In this document: positions 17,778 to 27,284 of the stretch, piece after piece | How positions within the stretch are numbered: position 1 is the first letter of the stretch | Layout of the letters: the number at the start of each line of letters is the position of its first letter | Assembly: GCA_947623915.1 (NCBI GenBank) | Contig: CANQIB010000007.1 | Coordinates: forward strand, 4,583-68,582 | Direction: 5' to 3' | DNA from: an uncultured Ruminiclostridium sp. | GTDB lineage: Bacteria; Bacillota; Clostridia; Oscillospirales; Ruminococcaceae | Length of the DNA: 64,000 bases | Translations under genes and position numbers: made by a program | Notes under the pieces: model-generated | The model's input: the letters and a program-made list of their open reading frames with translations, nothing else | Told to the model about the DNA's origin: nothing | The model's database searches: none

Positions 17778-19712
17778 ATGAGACTCGGCAAAAAGGATAC
17801 ATCGGAAAAACCCGGCAGGTTGCCCGACGCGTGTAGCGTCCGCTCCTCTTTAGGTTATATCATCGGAGCGGCGGCGCTTGCCGCCGCTATGGGCTTTTTC
17901 TGTCTGGCGTTCTTTTTCATGAGCCAAGCCGAAATAGAGGATATAGACCTTACCGACAGCCCCGAAAGCGGGCTTGGCTGGCAGTATGAAAAATTTGCCG
18001 ACGGAGAAGTCACTCCCGTCGAGCCTGATTTTTTAAACGGCATGGTCACGGCGGGCGACGGTCACGCCGACGCGGTAAGGATAACACGGGTGATAACGGA
18101 GGAACTGTCCTATCCCTATCTTGAATTACTGTTATATGACCCGCAAACGGCGGGCGCGGAGGTGTTCCTTGACGGGGAGCTGCTGTATTCCCGCTTCGGC
18201 ACGGGCACAAGAAACTCCGACGGGTTTTTGATATTTGAAAACGGCGCTGCGCCGCAGACCTCCCAAATCGGCAGAGATATCAGCATATCCCTGCCGGAAA
18301 GCTGCGTGGGCTGCACCGTTTCGATAACCTTATACTACACCGCCGACGCGCAAAGCGCGACAGTTATATTCCCCGCTCTGTGCAGCTTTGACACGGAAAC
18401 CTCCATCCCCTCGACGGAAACGGTGACGCCGGTCGTTATCGAAACGCTGTGCGCGGTTTTCGCCGTCATTGCCGCGATGATATTTATACTGGATATTTCG
18501 AGAAACGGAAAGATATACTACTCAACGCTGCTGTTGGTGATATTTTTTGTAATGCTGTTCATCGACAAGGCGTACGCCTCCCTGCCCGGAACATACAGCG
18601 CGCTGAGGTCGCACATCGACCTGTCCTTTCTCTCGTCGCTTTATATCGCGCCGCTGCTGCTGTATATCGCGTTTAGGCTTACAGGCTGGAGAAAGTACAC
18701 GCTGCTGCCGCTTACGGCGGGGTGGGTCGTGTATGAGCTTATCTGCATGACCGCTAAAAGCGAGTTTGCCGTATTCGCCACTAACGGTCTGGTCGCATTT
18801 TTGCTTTTCGCGGCGGCGGCAATACTGCTTATCGTGGAATTTTTCTTCAGAAAAAGCGGCAGGCTCAGGGTAAATCCCGCATATATCGCCGTCGCCGCTG
18901 TGTCGGCGGTCATTACCGTGCTGTACGGTTCGCAGGAGTTTATGGGGAACGTGTTCGATTACCTTTACTCGGTGGTGATATGTATATCGGACGGCTGGTT
19001 CATTCCCGCCGTAAAGCTGCTGTCGAATTTCTTGGCGCTGCTGATGATAATACTGCTCAGCATAGAATTTGCAAAGCGTACGCTGCGCAAACGCGAGCAG
19101 CTCAGCGCGCTTGAGGAGCGTGTAAAAATGTCGGTGGAAAGCTACCGTCGCATGGCGGAGGCGGAAAACGCTACCGCCGCGTCGCGTCACGAAATGCGCC
19201 ACCACGTTCTGGCATTGAAAGGGCTTATCGAAAACAACGAAACAGAACGGGCAAGGGATTACCTTTCCTCCATGCAGACCGAGCTTGAAGAGCTTCCCAC
19301 CGGCAAATACTGCCGCAACATGATGGTAGATCTGCTGGCGGGAGCGTATCTTGACCGTGCGAAAGCCATCGGCGCGGAGATAAAATATCAGTTCAACATT
19401 CCCGAAAAGCTGGAGATAGCCGACAACGACCTGTGCGTATTCCTTACGAATATGTTGGAAAACGCCGTCCGCGCCTGTGAACAGACCGAGCCGGACAAGC
19501 GCCGCATAAGCCTTACCGTGGGGCTCAACGGCAATTTCCTCTTTATCGGCTGTGAAAACAGTTGTCCGCCGCAGGAAACCGAGGACATGGGCCGCCGTCC
19601 TTACGGCACGGAAAATATGCGGCGCATCGCCAAAAAGTATAACGGCATAATCGAGATAAACAAGACCGAGTCGTCTTATTCTGTGATGAGCAGTCTTTGT
19701 CTTAAAGGATAG
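17778..19712 (+). CDS. Membrane sensor histidine kinase (AgrC/VirS-like GHKL domain) with extracellular domain and multi-TM region
   Basis: RHEMRHH H-box, FLTNMLENAVRAC N-box, KKYNG C-terminus; about 8 TM helices. Confidence 0.85.
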   Translation: MRLGKKDTSEKPGRLPDACSVRSSLGYIIGAAALAAAMGFFCLAFFFMSQAEIEDIDLTDSPESGLGWQYEKFADGEVTPVEPDFLNGMVTAGDGHADAVRITRVITEELSYPYLELLLYDPQTAGAEVFLDGELLYSRFGTGTRNSDGFLIFENGAAPQTSQIGRDISISLPESCVGCTVSITLYYTADAQSATVIFPALCSFDTETSIPSTETVTPVVIETLCAVFAVIAAMIFILDISRNGKIYYSTLLLVIFFVMLFIDKAYASLPGTYSALRSHIDLSFLSSLYIAPLLLYIAFRLTGWRKYTLLPLTAGWVVYELICMTAKSEFAVFATNGLVAFLLFAAAAILLIVEFFFRKSGRLRVNPAYIAVAAVSAVITVLYGSQEFMGNVFDYLYSVVICISDGWFIPAVKLLSNFLALLMIILLSIEFAKRTLRKREQLSALEERVKMSVESYRRMAEAENATAASRHEMRHHVLALKGLIENNETERARDYLSSMQTELEELPTGKYCRNMMVDLLAGAYLDRAKAIGAEIKYQFNIPEKLEIADNDLCVFLTNMLENAVRACEQTEPDKRRISLTVGLNGNFLFIGCENSCPPQETEDMGRRPYGTENMRRIAKKYNGIIEINKTESSYSVMSSLCLKG

Positions 19713-19728
19713 CTGAGCAAAAAATCAA

Positions 19729-19752
19729 GCCGGACCCCATAAAAGGTCCGGC
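19729..19752. terminator. Hairpin between the convergent kinase and LytTR genes
   Basis: GCCGGACC-N8-GGTCCGGC with an A-run before and a T-run after. Confidence 0.65.
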
Positions 19753-19779
19753 ATAATTTTCGACAAGCTGCGAGGTTTT

Positions 19780-20499
19780 TCATATAAACATATTCTTTTT
19801 GCCCAGATAATTTACCATTATAATCTGCAAGCGTTTGTACATCGTTTTGCCGAGCGGGATATTCATACCGTCGCTAAGCGTTATGTTGTTGTGGGATATT
19901 TCGGAGATAAAATCGAGATTTACAAGATAGCTCCTGTGCAGCCGAATAAAGCTCTCGGGCGGCAGCAGCGTTTCTATCTGCTTTAACGTGCCGCGACATT
20001 CCTGCTTTGTCCCGTTGCTCAGGTGTATTACGATATCGTGTCCGTATATTTCAAAGCACATAATGTCGCAAAGCGGTAAAAACACCAGCCCGTTCGCGGT
20101 GCTGACGCATATTTTGCAGGGGCTGTTTTTTGAGATAAAGCGTATCATCGCCGTTTCCAGCTTTTCCATATTATCGGATTTTATCAGATAATGCAGCGGC
20201 TCGACGTCGTAGCTGTCCACCGCATATTCGTCATAATCGGTGACGAAAACTATATCGGAAACGTTTTCCTTACGGCGCAGCGTTCTGGCAAGCTCCAGCC
20301 CGTTGTCCTCCTTTATCATGATGTCCAAAAACACAAGGTCGTACTTTTCTCCCGCGCGGATACTTGCCGCGAACGAGCCGCCGTCGTTATAGCAGGCAAG
20401 GCTATATTCGGCGTGGCGCTCCTCCATTATCCTGCTCAAAAGCATCTCAAATTTTCGGCAAAATACAACATCGTCATCACAGATAGCAAATTTGTACAT
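19780..20499 (-). CDS. LytTR-family response regulator
   Basis: FAICDDD, VFLDIMI, FIRLHRSYLVN; start ATG 20499 behind GGAGG. Confidence 0.92.
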   Translation of the reverse strand: MYKFAICDDDVVFCRKFEMLLSRIMEERHAEYSLACYNDGGSFAASIRAGEKYDLVFLDIMIKEDNGLELARTLRRKENVSDIVFVTDYDEYAVDSYDVEPLHYLIKSDNMEKLETAMIRFISKNSPCKICVSTANGLVFLPLCDIMCFEIYGHDIVIHLSNGTKQECRGTLKQIETLLPPESFIRLHRSYLVNLDFISEISHNNITLSDGMNIPLGKTMYKRLQIIMVNYLGKKNMFI

Positions 20500-20585
20500 C
20501 AACGCCTCCGTTTTCCGTTTGCCCCGCGCAAGCACGGAGCATATGGGACTTTATGGCGGTTTGCCGTCTGCGGCAACCCTGAATA

Positions 20586-20614
20586 ATTGTACCATAAAAA
20601 GAAAAAATTTACAA
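20586..20614 (-). promoter_or_regulatory. sigma-A promoter TTGTAA-N17-TACAAT for the LytTR gene
   Basis: Hexamers at 20614-20609 and 20591-20586 with TG extension. Confidence 0.65.
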
Positions 20615-20681
20615 GTGCTTTTTGCCTATATCCGACATTTTTATTTTAAAACATAAACGGTCGCACAATAAATGCGACCGT

Positions 20682-20876
20682 CAGCTTGTCGAAAAACCCT
20701 CCCTACGGTCGGATTTCCCGACAAGCTGAAAAAATCGGCAATACCGCAAAGCGGCATTGCTCGATTTTTGCCGCGCTTTGCGCGGCTCTTATCAAACTTG
20801 AGGGTGAAAACCCTGATGGTTTTCCCCTCAAACTCCTCTTTCCTTCCGCTTTATATTGACCTTTTTCTACAGACTA
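20682..20876 (+). mobile_element. Repeat family A, copy 2, flanked by an exact 27-bp direct repeat that is itself a terminator hairpin
   Basis: AAACGGTCGCACAATAAATGCGACCGT at 20655-20681 and 20877-20903. Confidence 0.9.
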
Positions 20877-20924
20877 AAACGGTCGCACAATAAATGCGAC
20901 CGTTTCTTTATATGATATATCGGT

Positions 20925-21833
20925 TTAGCCCACCCCTGTGCCGCTGCAATAAGTGCAAGTGCCGGTGCCGCCGCAGGAGGAGCAAACTATCGCATAGTCG
21001 TCAAGGCTGGGATCGCCCCAGAACGGCAGACCGTCGCGGGTGCTGCCCGCGCCGCGGCAGATATGGCATTTTCCCGTGCCGCTGCAATAAACGCAGGTGT
21101 TCCCGCCTGTATTGCCGGTATTGCCCGTGTAGCCGTTTCCGCCGCCGTTATCCTGAGAGTTTTGCTCAACGGTGTTGGGGTCTATATAATAGGATTCGCC
21201 CGCCATCTCGATATCTACGTTCGAGCCGTTTACCGTCATCTTCAGCTTTATATAGAAGGTCGCGCTGCTGCCGTAGCTGAAATTGTACAGAGCAAAATGA
21301 GCGTCCGCGCTTGAAAATCCGGCATACGAATCGGACAGCATATTGCTGTAGCCGTCAAAGTAATACATCACTCCGTTGCCGTTGGTGAAATCGGAGTTAT
21401 GCAACGCCATACCGCTTTGAACTATATTATTCGGTATCATCGCCGCTAACGCATAGGTCGTGCCGTTGTAAATGAAAACTCCCATGAACTGCTGAGTGCT
21501 GTCCGCGGTGTTCTCGGTATAGTAAAAATATCCGTCCGTTATATTTACCCCGTTTGCCGTGATATAAGAATTCGACGGCAAATTGGGTATGCCTGACCAG
21601 TCCCATCCGCCGGACGGCGTCTGCTGGTAAACGTCGCCTTGCTGCGCGTTATTGTTATCCGGATACTGCTGCGTGTTGTTGTTGTTTTGCTGCACGCTGT
21701 TAGCGTCCTGCATAATATCGTACCCGTTGAATCCGCCGTTTCCCATCGGCAAACGTCCTCCGTTCCCGTCGGAGCAGGCGGTGCAGATAAGCATACACAG
21801 CGACAGAAATCCCGCAAAAAGTAATTTTTTCAT
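20925..21833 (-). CDS. Predicted lipoprotein with a Q/N-rich linker and four C-terminal CxxCxGxG motifs
   Basis: Lipobox ICTA-C20; CVYCSGTG, CHICRGAG, CSSCGGTG, CTYCSGTG; GGAGG RBS. Confidence 0.8.
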   Translation of the reverse strand: MKKLLFAGFLSLCMLICTACSDGNGGRLPMGNGGFNGYDIMQDANSVQQNNNNTQQYPDNNNAQQGDVYQQTPSGGWDWSGIPNLPSNSYITANGVNITDGYFYYTENTADSTQQFMGVFIYNGTTYALAAMIPNNIVQSGMALHNSDFTNGNGVMYYFDGYSNMLSDSYAGFSSADAHFALYNFSYGSSATFYIKLKMTVNGSNVDIEMAGESYYIDPNTVEQNSQDNGGGNGYTGNTGNTGGNTCVYCSGTGKCHICRGAGSTRDGLPFWGDPSLDDYAIVCSSCGGTGTCTYCSGTGVG

Positions 21834-21904
21834 TGTTATCCCTCCAAATCCGCAGCGTCCATGCCGAGCGGACGCTTTTTTGTGGCGGCTGTATTATTGT
21901 AAAG

Positions 21905-21933
21905 ATTGTAACATAAATGCAAGGTTTTGTCAA
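21905..21933 (-). promoter_or_regulatory. sigma-A promoter TTGACA-N17-TACAAT for the lipoprotein gene
   Basis: Hexamers at 21933-21928 and 21910-21905. Confidence 0.8.
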
Positions 21934-21999
21934 TATCCCCGCCCAAAATAAATCGCGGTTTCTGAAAACGGCTTATACCGTAATTATTTCGCGTCCGTG

Positions 22000-22028
22000 T
22001 TGACATAAGGCGATATTTATGTTAAGAT
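22000..22028 (+). promoter_or_regulatory. sigma-A promoter TTGACA-N17-TAAGAT (divergent) for the DUF1292 gene
   Basis: Hexamers at 22000-22005 and 22023-22028 with TG extension. Confidence 0.7.
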
Positions 22029-22082
22029 AATCATGTACCCTCGGTACAAAAACAGAAGCATACAATGAAAGGAGATCTTACC

Positions 22083-22388
22083 ATGGCTGAACGCGAGATA
22101 TATGAGGAGCTTTCCGAGGAAGAATCGGAGATAATAACGCTCATCGACGAAAACGGCAACGACGTGGAGTTTGAATTTTTAGATATTATCGAATATCAGG
22201 GGGAGGAATATATACTCCTTATCCCGACGGAGGAATCCGACGACATGGAGGGCGTGGTCATATTCAGGATAGAGCCGTCCGAAGACGGGGAGGACTCTTT
22301 TGTCGGCATAGACAACGACGATGTTCTGATCGCGGTATTCAATATATTCAAAGAAAAGTATAAGGACGAATTCGACTTCGAGGAATGA
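22083..22388 (+). CDS. DUF1292-family acidic protein
   Basis: IITLIDENGNDVEFEFLDIIEYQGEEYILLIP; start 22083 behind AAAGGAG (track start 22065). Confidence 0.85.
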   Translation: MAEREIYEELSEEESEIITLIDENGNDVEFEFLDIIEYQGEEYILLIPTEESDDMEGVVIFRIEPSEDGEDSFVGIDNDDVLIAVFNIFKEKYKDEFDFEE

Positions 22389-22423
22389 GCGAACTCGGTA
22401 TATTTACCGTATCCCAGTTAAGA

Positions 22424-22456
22424 CCCTGCCCGCCGTATTTTGTACGGCGGGCAGGG
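22424..22456. terminator. Bidirectional terminator between DUF1292 and HAD genes
   Basis: CCCTGCCCGCCGTA-TTTTG-TACGGCGGGCAGGG. Confidence 0.8.
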
Positions 22457-22467
22457 ATTTATTAAAT

Positions 22468-23103
22468 TCACATTATTCCGTCCAGCTCTTCAAAGCTGTA
22501 GGCATACGCCGTTACGCGTTCGGGAGTGGATATATCACCGAAACCATACGCCGCGTGGATAAACTTCACTCCCGCGTCAAACGCCGAATCGCAGTCGCCC
22601 TGAGTATCTCCGACATAGACCGAGTCTTTGCAGCCGTACCTTGCGACCAGCGCGGCTATTGTGTGGCTTTTGGGCTTATGGGTATCACCCCAGCACATAT
22701 GCCCCTCAAAATACCGCGAAAACCCCGTATAAGCCAAAAACGCCTCGATATAACCGCATTGGCAGTTGCTGACGATAAACAGCCGATAACGGCGGGACAG
22801 CGCGGCAAGCGTTTCCTCCTCGCGGCAAAACAGCTTTCCGCCGTGCACCGCGATATACTTGTTTTCCTCGCGCATACATTCCCCAAGCACCTCAAGCTGT
22901 CTTTTTTCGTCCAGCATGGGAAAATATTTTTTTGCAAGCTCCGTCATGGTAAGCCCCATGCCGCTTTTCAGGTCCTCCGCGGTAAGCAGCGGCTTTTGTT
23001 CCCCAAAATCATCAAATCCGGCAAGCGTCCCGTTCCACGATGCGGCAACGTTCTCCGAGCTGTCCCAAAGCGTGCCGTCAAGGTCGAAAATGATACTGTC
23101 CAT
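22468..23103 (-). CDS. HAD-family hydrolase (phosphoglycolate phosphatase-like)
   Basis: IIFDLDGTLWDS motif I, IVSN, YVGDTQGD motif IV. Confidence 0.9.
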   Translation of the reverse strand: MDSIIFDLDGTLWDSSENVAASWNGTLAGFDDFGEQKPLLTAEDLKSGMGLTMTELAKKYFPMLDEKRQLEVLGECMREENKYIAVHGGKLFCREEETLAALSRRYRLFIVSNCQCGYIEAFLAYTGFSRYFEGHMCWGDTHKPKSHTIAALVARYGCKDSVYVGDTQGDCDSAFDAGVKFIHAAYGFGDISTPERVTAYAYSFEELDGIM

Positions 23104-23138
23104 CTTCCGTCCTCCGTTTCAACAGTAGTCATAAGTTG

Positions 23139-23167
23139 ATTTTAACATAAGCCGAAAAAAATAGCAA
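23139..23167 (-). promoter_or_regulatory. sigma-A promoter TTGCTA-N17-TAAAAT for the HAD gene
   Basis: Hexamers at 23167-23162 and 23144-23139. Confidence 0.55.
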
Positions 23168-23192
23168 GGAAAATTTTACACGGTGAAAAATA

Positions 23193-23215
23193 TCCCCGAC
23201 GCATTGCGTCGGGGA
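23193..23215 (-). terminator. Terminator after the ABC ATPase gene
   Basis: TCCCCGACGC-ATT-GCGTCGGGGA with T-run on the minus strand. Confidence 0.7.
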
Positions 23216-23228
23216 CATAAATTTTTAC

Positions 23229-24371
23229 TTACTGCAAGATGGAATGTTCATCCTGAGGATCGAACAGATGGATCTTGTTGGGGTCAAGCGCCAGCTTGAT
23301 AACGTCCTGAGGACGTGCGGTGCATCTGGGAGATACTCTCGCGGTCAGCGGGATACCCTCGCAGGTGAGGTACAGATAGGATTCCGCACCCATCATTTCG
23401 GTAACGTCTACGGTCGCCTCAATGATACCGGTCTTAGCGTTGGAAAGATACATCTCTTCGTCATGGATATTTTCGGGACGGATACCGAGGATAACGTCCT
23501 TATCTACATAGTACTTGAGAGCCTCTGCATCTGCCTTGGCGCTGGGTACTTCGATATAGAACTTTCTTCCTCTGCTGGTCTTGGTGTCTTCCGAACCGAA
23601 TTCGATGGTGTATTTGCCGTTGAGCATAATGAGCTTTGCGTCGATGAAGTTCATCTGAGGCGAACCCATAAATCCTGCAACGAACTTGTTGGTAGGATTC
23701 TCATACAGATTGATAGGAGAATCTATCTGCTGAATGTAACCGTCTTTCATAACGACTATTCTGTCGCCCATGGTCATAGCCTCTATCTGGTCATGCGTAA
23801 CGTAGATAAAGGTCGTACCCAGCTTCTTGTGGAGCTTTGAAAGCTCGGTTCTCATCTGTGCACGCAGCTTAGCGTCCAGGTTCGACAGAGGCTCGTCAAG
23901 TAAGAATACCTGAGGATCACGCACTATCGCACGTCCGAGCGCAACACGCTGTCTCTGACCGCCTGACAAAGCCTTCGGCTTTCTGTCAAGCAGATGTGCA
24001 ATGTCAAGGATCTTAGCAGCTTCCTCGACCAGCTTCTTGATCTCATCTTTCGGTACTTTTCTGAGCTTAAGTCCGAATGCCATGTTCTCGAACACGGTCA
24101 TATGAGGATACAGCGCGTAGTTCTGGAACACCATCGCAATATCGCGGTCTTTCGGTGCTACGTCGTTTACAAGTCTGTCGCCGATGAACAGTTCGCCCTC
24201 GGATATTTCTTCCAGACCTGCGATCATTCTTAATGTTGTCGATTTACCGCAACCCGAAGGACCGACCAGAATGATAAATTCCTTGTCCTTGATGTTCATG
24301 GTAAAGTCCGACACGGCTACAACGCCGCCGGGATAACGCTTGTAGATACCCCTTAATGATAAACTTGCCAT
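23229..24371 (-). CDS. msmX: Multiple-sugar ABC transporter ATP-binding protein (MsmX/MsmK/UgpC type), orphan
   Basis: [37 protein letters not shown]. Confidence 0.9.
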   Translation of the reverse strand: MASLSLRGIYKRYPGGVVAVSDFTMNIKDKEFIILVGPSGCGKSTTLRMIAGLEEISEGELFIGDRLVNDVAPKDRDIAMVFQNYALYPHMTVFENMAFGLKLRKVPKDEIKKLVEEAAKILDIAHLLDRKPKALSGGQRQRVALGRAIVRDPQVFLLDEPLSNLDAKLRAQMRTELSKLHKKLGTTFIYVTHDQIEAMTMGDRIVVMKDGYIQQIDSPINLYENPTNKFVAGFMGSPQMNFIDAKLIMLNGKYTIEFGSEDTKTSRGRKFYIEVPSAKADAEALKYYVDKDVILGIRPENIHDEEMYLSNAKTGIIEATVDVTEMMGAESYLYLTCEGIPLTARVSPRCTARPQDVIKLALDPNKIHLFDPQDEHSILQ

Positions 24372-24717
24372 TTATGTGTGACCTCCTGTATAATGTGCAG
24401 AGTAACCTTGCAATACTATTTTAACAAATTATCGAAAAAAATGGTAGCACCTATTTACCCAAAGATTTTATCCATTCGTTATGCAAAATCACTAACCGTT
24501 ATAAAATCATGCCTTATTTCAGGCTTTTTGTGTGCAGTTTATACAAAAAAATGCTCCTCATTTCCAGTTTTTGGAATTGGTTGGAGCTAATTTTGTTACT
24601 ATTGCTATATATTATAACATAAATTTTGTGTATTTTTTCTGATTTTCTGTGAAAAAGACGCTTTTTTCGCCTTTCAGACCCGCAAAATTTGTCATTTTGT
24701 ACTATTGTGAAGCGTTC

Positions 24718-24746
24718 GCATACTGCCTGTTCGGGCGGCATATACT
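24718..24746 (+). promoter_or_regulatory. Possible sporulation sigma-E-type promoter (GCATACT...CATATACT)
   Basis: Resembles the ATA-N-CATACAnT consensus; no clear sigma-A promoter nearby. Confidence 0.3.
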
Positions 24747-24795
24747 TTACCAACCGACAGCCTGTACGGTCAAAAACGAAAAAGGACATTAAGAT

Positions 24796-25239
24796 ATGAA
24801 AAGAAAACTAAAACCCATCGGTGTTATTTTCACCGTACTGCTCGCCATAATATCGGTAATAACGGTCGCCCTCGCCATATCGGCGCGTCCGCTGCCGGAC
24901 GGCTCTACCGCTCAGCTGCGCCGACAGTACATAACCGCGCTCGGCTACAGATGCTCCGAGCAGGAGCTTTCGCGTGAGATAGTGATACCCGCCGAATTTT
25001 CCGAGGTCTATCAAAACTACAACGAGCTGCAAAAGCAGTACGGCTTTGACCTGTCGCGTTTCAAAGGCGACAGTGCGACCGTTTACACCTATTCGGTGAC
25101 GGACTATCCCGACCCGTCCGGCGGATTTTACCGCGATATAAACCTAAATCTCATCGTGTCAAACGGCAAGATAATCGGCGGGGATATTTCCAGCGCCGAG
25201 CTTGACGGCTTTATGGAGGGCTTGCACGCGAAAAATTGA
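24796..25239 (+). CDS. DUF4830-like membrane-anchored protein
   Basis: N-terminal TM; IPAEFSEVYQNYNELQKQYGFDLSRFKG...GKIIGGDI. Confidence 0.75.
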   Translation: MKRKLKPIGVIFTVLLAIISVITVALAISARPLPDGSTAQLRRQYITALGYRCSEQELSREIVIPAEFSEVYQNYNELQKQYGFDLSRFKGDSATVYTYSVTDYPDPSGGFYRDINLNLIVSNGKIIGGDISSAELDGFMEGLHAKN

Positions 25240-25240
25240 C

Positions 25241-25891
25241 TTACAGCATATGGAAACGTTTTTGTATTTCCTTTGTTTCGCCGAACACCATCATGGTCTG
25301 TTCATCGGTAAACATGGTATCGGGAGTTATTTTAAGCTCCAGCTTGCCGTTTTGCTTTACCGCCATGATGGTTATGCTGTATTTTTTTCGTATATCAATC
25401 TGACCTACCGTCTTACCTATCCAGTCCTTGGGTACGGGTATCTCAAATATCGCGTACCCCTCTCCCATTTCGATGTAATCGAAGATATGCTCCGAGCTGA
25501 ACCGTATCGCCGTCCATTTCGCGAGCTGTTTTTCGGGATAAACTATCTCGTCCGCGCCGTTTCTCAGCAAAAACTTTGCCTGTATCTCCTGCGCCGCACG
25601 GGATACCACCAGCTTTGCGCCCAGCTCCTTTAACAGCGACGTGGTTTCCAGCGAGCTTTGAAAGTCGTTTCCTATCGCAACTATGCAGACGTCGAAATTC
25701 TTCACGCCGAGGGTTTTTAAAAACTCCTCGTTCGTGCTGTCGCCTATCTGCGCGTTGGTAACATACGGAAGTATCGCGTCAACGCGCTCCTCCACATGAT
25801 CCACAGCCATGACCTGCTGATTGAGTTCATGCAGCGTTATGGCTATATGTCTGCCAAAACGGCCCAAACCGATAAGCAATATTGATTTCAT
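25241..25891 (-). CDS. ktrA: Ktr/Trk potassium uptake RCK subunit
   Basis: IGLGRFG Rossmann motif, GDSTNEEFL, ADEIVYPE, RCK_C tail. Confidence 0.9.
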   Translation of the reverse strand: MKSILLIGLGRFGRHIAITLHELNQQVMAVDHVEERVDAILPYVTNAQIGDSTNEEFLKTLGVKNFDVCIVAIGNDFQSSLETTSLLKELGAKLVVSRAAQEIQAKFLLRNGADEIVYPEKQLAKWTAIRFSSEHIFDYIEMGEGYAIFEIPVPKDWIGKTVGQIDIRKKYSITIMAVKQNGKLELKITPDTMFTDEQTMMVFGETKEIQKRFHML

Positions 25892-25928
25892 GACAAATCT
25901 ACCCTTTCATTTTAGTAAGAGTTATGTA

Positions 25929-27266
25929 TTATCCCACGGTTATTTTTTCCTGCGGCAGCTTTGAGATATTGTTCTGCGTGCCGGACACCGTGGCGAATAT
26001 TATCGTCAAGCCTCCCGCGCGTCCTACAAACATAAGCACCACAAGTATCAGCTTAGATAAAACGCCCAGCGACGGGGTTATTCCCAGCGACAGTCCCACG
26101 GTACCTATCGCGGAGGCACATTCAAACATACAAGTCAGCAGCGGAAGTCCCTCTACCGAGCATATTATCAGCGTGCTTATAAGCAGCAGCGTGATGTACA
26201 TGATTATGACGGTCACGGCGTATTTAACGGTATCGTCGGATATCCTGCGGCCGAAGAATTTTGCGTAATCTCTTCTGCGGAACACCGACACCGAGGTCGA
26301 AACGACCACCGCAAGAGTAGTCACTTTAAGACCTCCGGCGGTAGAGCCGGGCGCGCCTCCTATCAGCATAAGTATTATCATGATAGCTATGCCGGTCTCG
26401 CTCAGGCAATTAAGGTCTACCGTATAATATCCCGCCGTCCTTGCGGTAACGGTGGTGAAAAGCGAATCCCATATCCTCTCGTCGAGCGGGAGGTCGGAAA
26501 ACTCACACAGGAAAAAGTATATAAACGGTAAAATTATCAGCGTCGCGGTAACGGCGAAGATGACCTTTGTCTGCATACGGTATTTCCGTATATGAAAACG
26601 GTTCGCCCTCATGTCGTCCCATGTAAGAAAGCCTATCCCGCCCATGATTATAAGCAGCATTATCGTTATATTTATCAGCGGATTTACCGCGTAAGCGGTC
26701 ATGGACGGCAGCTGCTGATTTATTCCCATAAGGTCAAAGCCCGCGTTGCAAAACGCCGATACCGAATGGAAAAACGAATACCATATACCCCGACCTATGC
26801 CGAAATCCGCGCAGAACACCGGCATCATCATCAAAGCGCCCAAAAGCTCCAGCACCAGCGTGACTTTCAGTATAAAGCCCGCCAGCTTTACTACGCCGCC
26901 CACCTTGGGCGCGGAGATAGCCTCCTGCATGGTGCTGCGCTGCATAAGTCCTATTTTTCTGCCGGAAAGTATTACAAACCACGCGGTAACGGTGACGCTT
27001 CCCATTCCGCCTACTTCCTCAAGCAGCATTATTATCGCCTGCCCGAATTCCGACCAGTAGGTCGCGGTGTCATGCACCACCAGTCCGGTGACGCACGCCG
27101 CCGACGTCGAAGTGAACAGCGCGTCAAGTATCGACGCGCCATGCGGTCCGCGGGTGGATATGGGCAGCATAAGCAGCAGCATACCGACAAATATCACCAG
27201 AATATAACCGATTATAATTATCTGAAACGTGTTTAAACGTCTCATTTTTGTAAATATATTCGTCAT
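25929..27266 (-). CDS. ktrB: Ktr/Trk potassium uptake membrane subunit
   Basis: Four pore loops: SAACVTGL, SAFCNAGF, TARTAGY, SAIGTVGLSLG. Confidence 0.92.
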   Translation of the reverse strand: MTNIFTKMRRLNTFQIIIIGYILVIFVGMLLLMLPISTRGPHGASILDALFTSTSAACVTGLVVHDTATYWSEFGQAIIMLLEEVGGMGSVTVTAWFVILSGRKIGLMQRSTMQEAISAPKVGGVVKLAGFILKVTLVLELLGALMMMPVFCADFGIGRGIWYSFFHSVSAFCNAGFDLMGINQQLPSMTAYAVNPLINITIMLLIIMGGIGFLTWDDMRANRFHIRKYRMQTKVIFAVTATLIILPFIYFFLCEFSDLPLDERIWDSLFTTVTARTAGYYTVDLNCLSETGIAIMIILMLIGGAPGSTAGGLKVTTLAVVVSTSVSVFRRRDYAKFFGRRISDDTVKYAVTVIIMYITLLLISTLIICSVEGLPLLTCMFECASAIGTVGLSLGITPSLGVLSKLILVVLMFVGRAGGLTIIFATVSGTQNNISKLPQEKITVG

Positions 27267-27284
27267 TCAGCGCATCTCCCGCAA

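Noticed and set aside
21620-21720. Short GTT/CTG repeats as a tandem array or CRISPR
   Set aside because: They encode the Q/N-rich linker of the lipoprotein; no repeat-spacer periodicity
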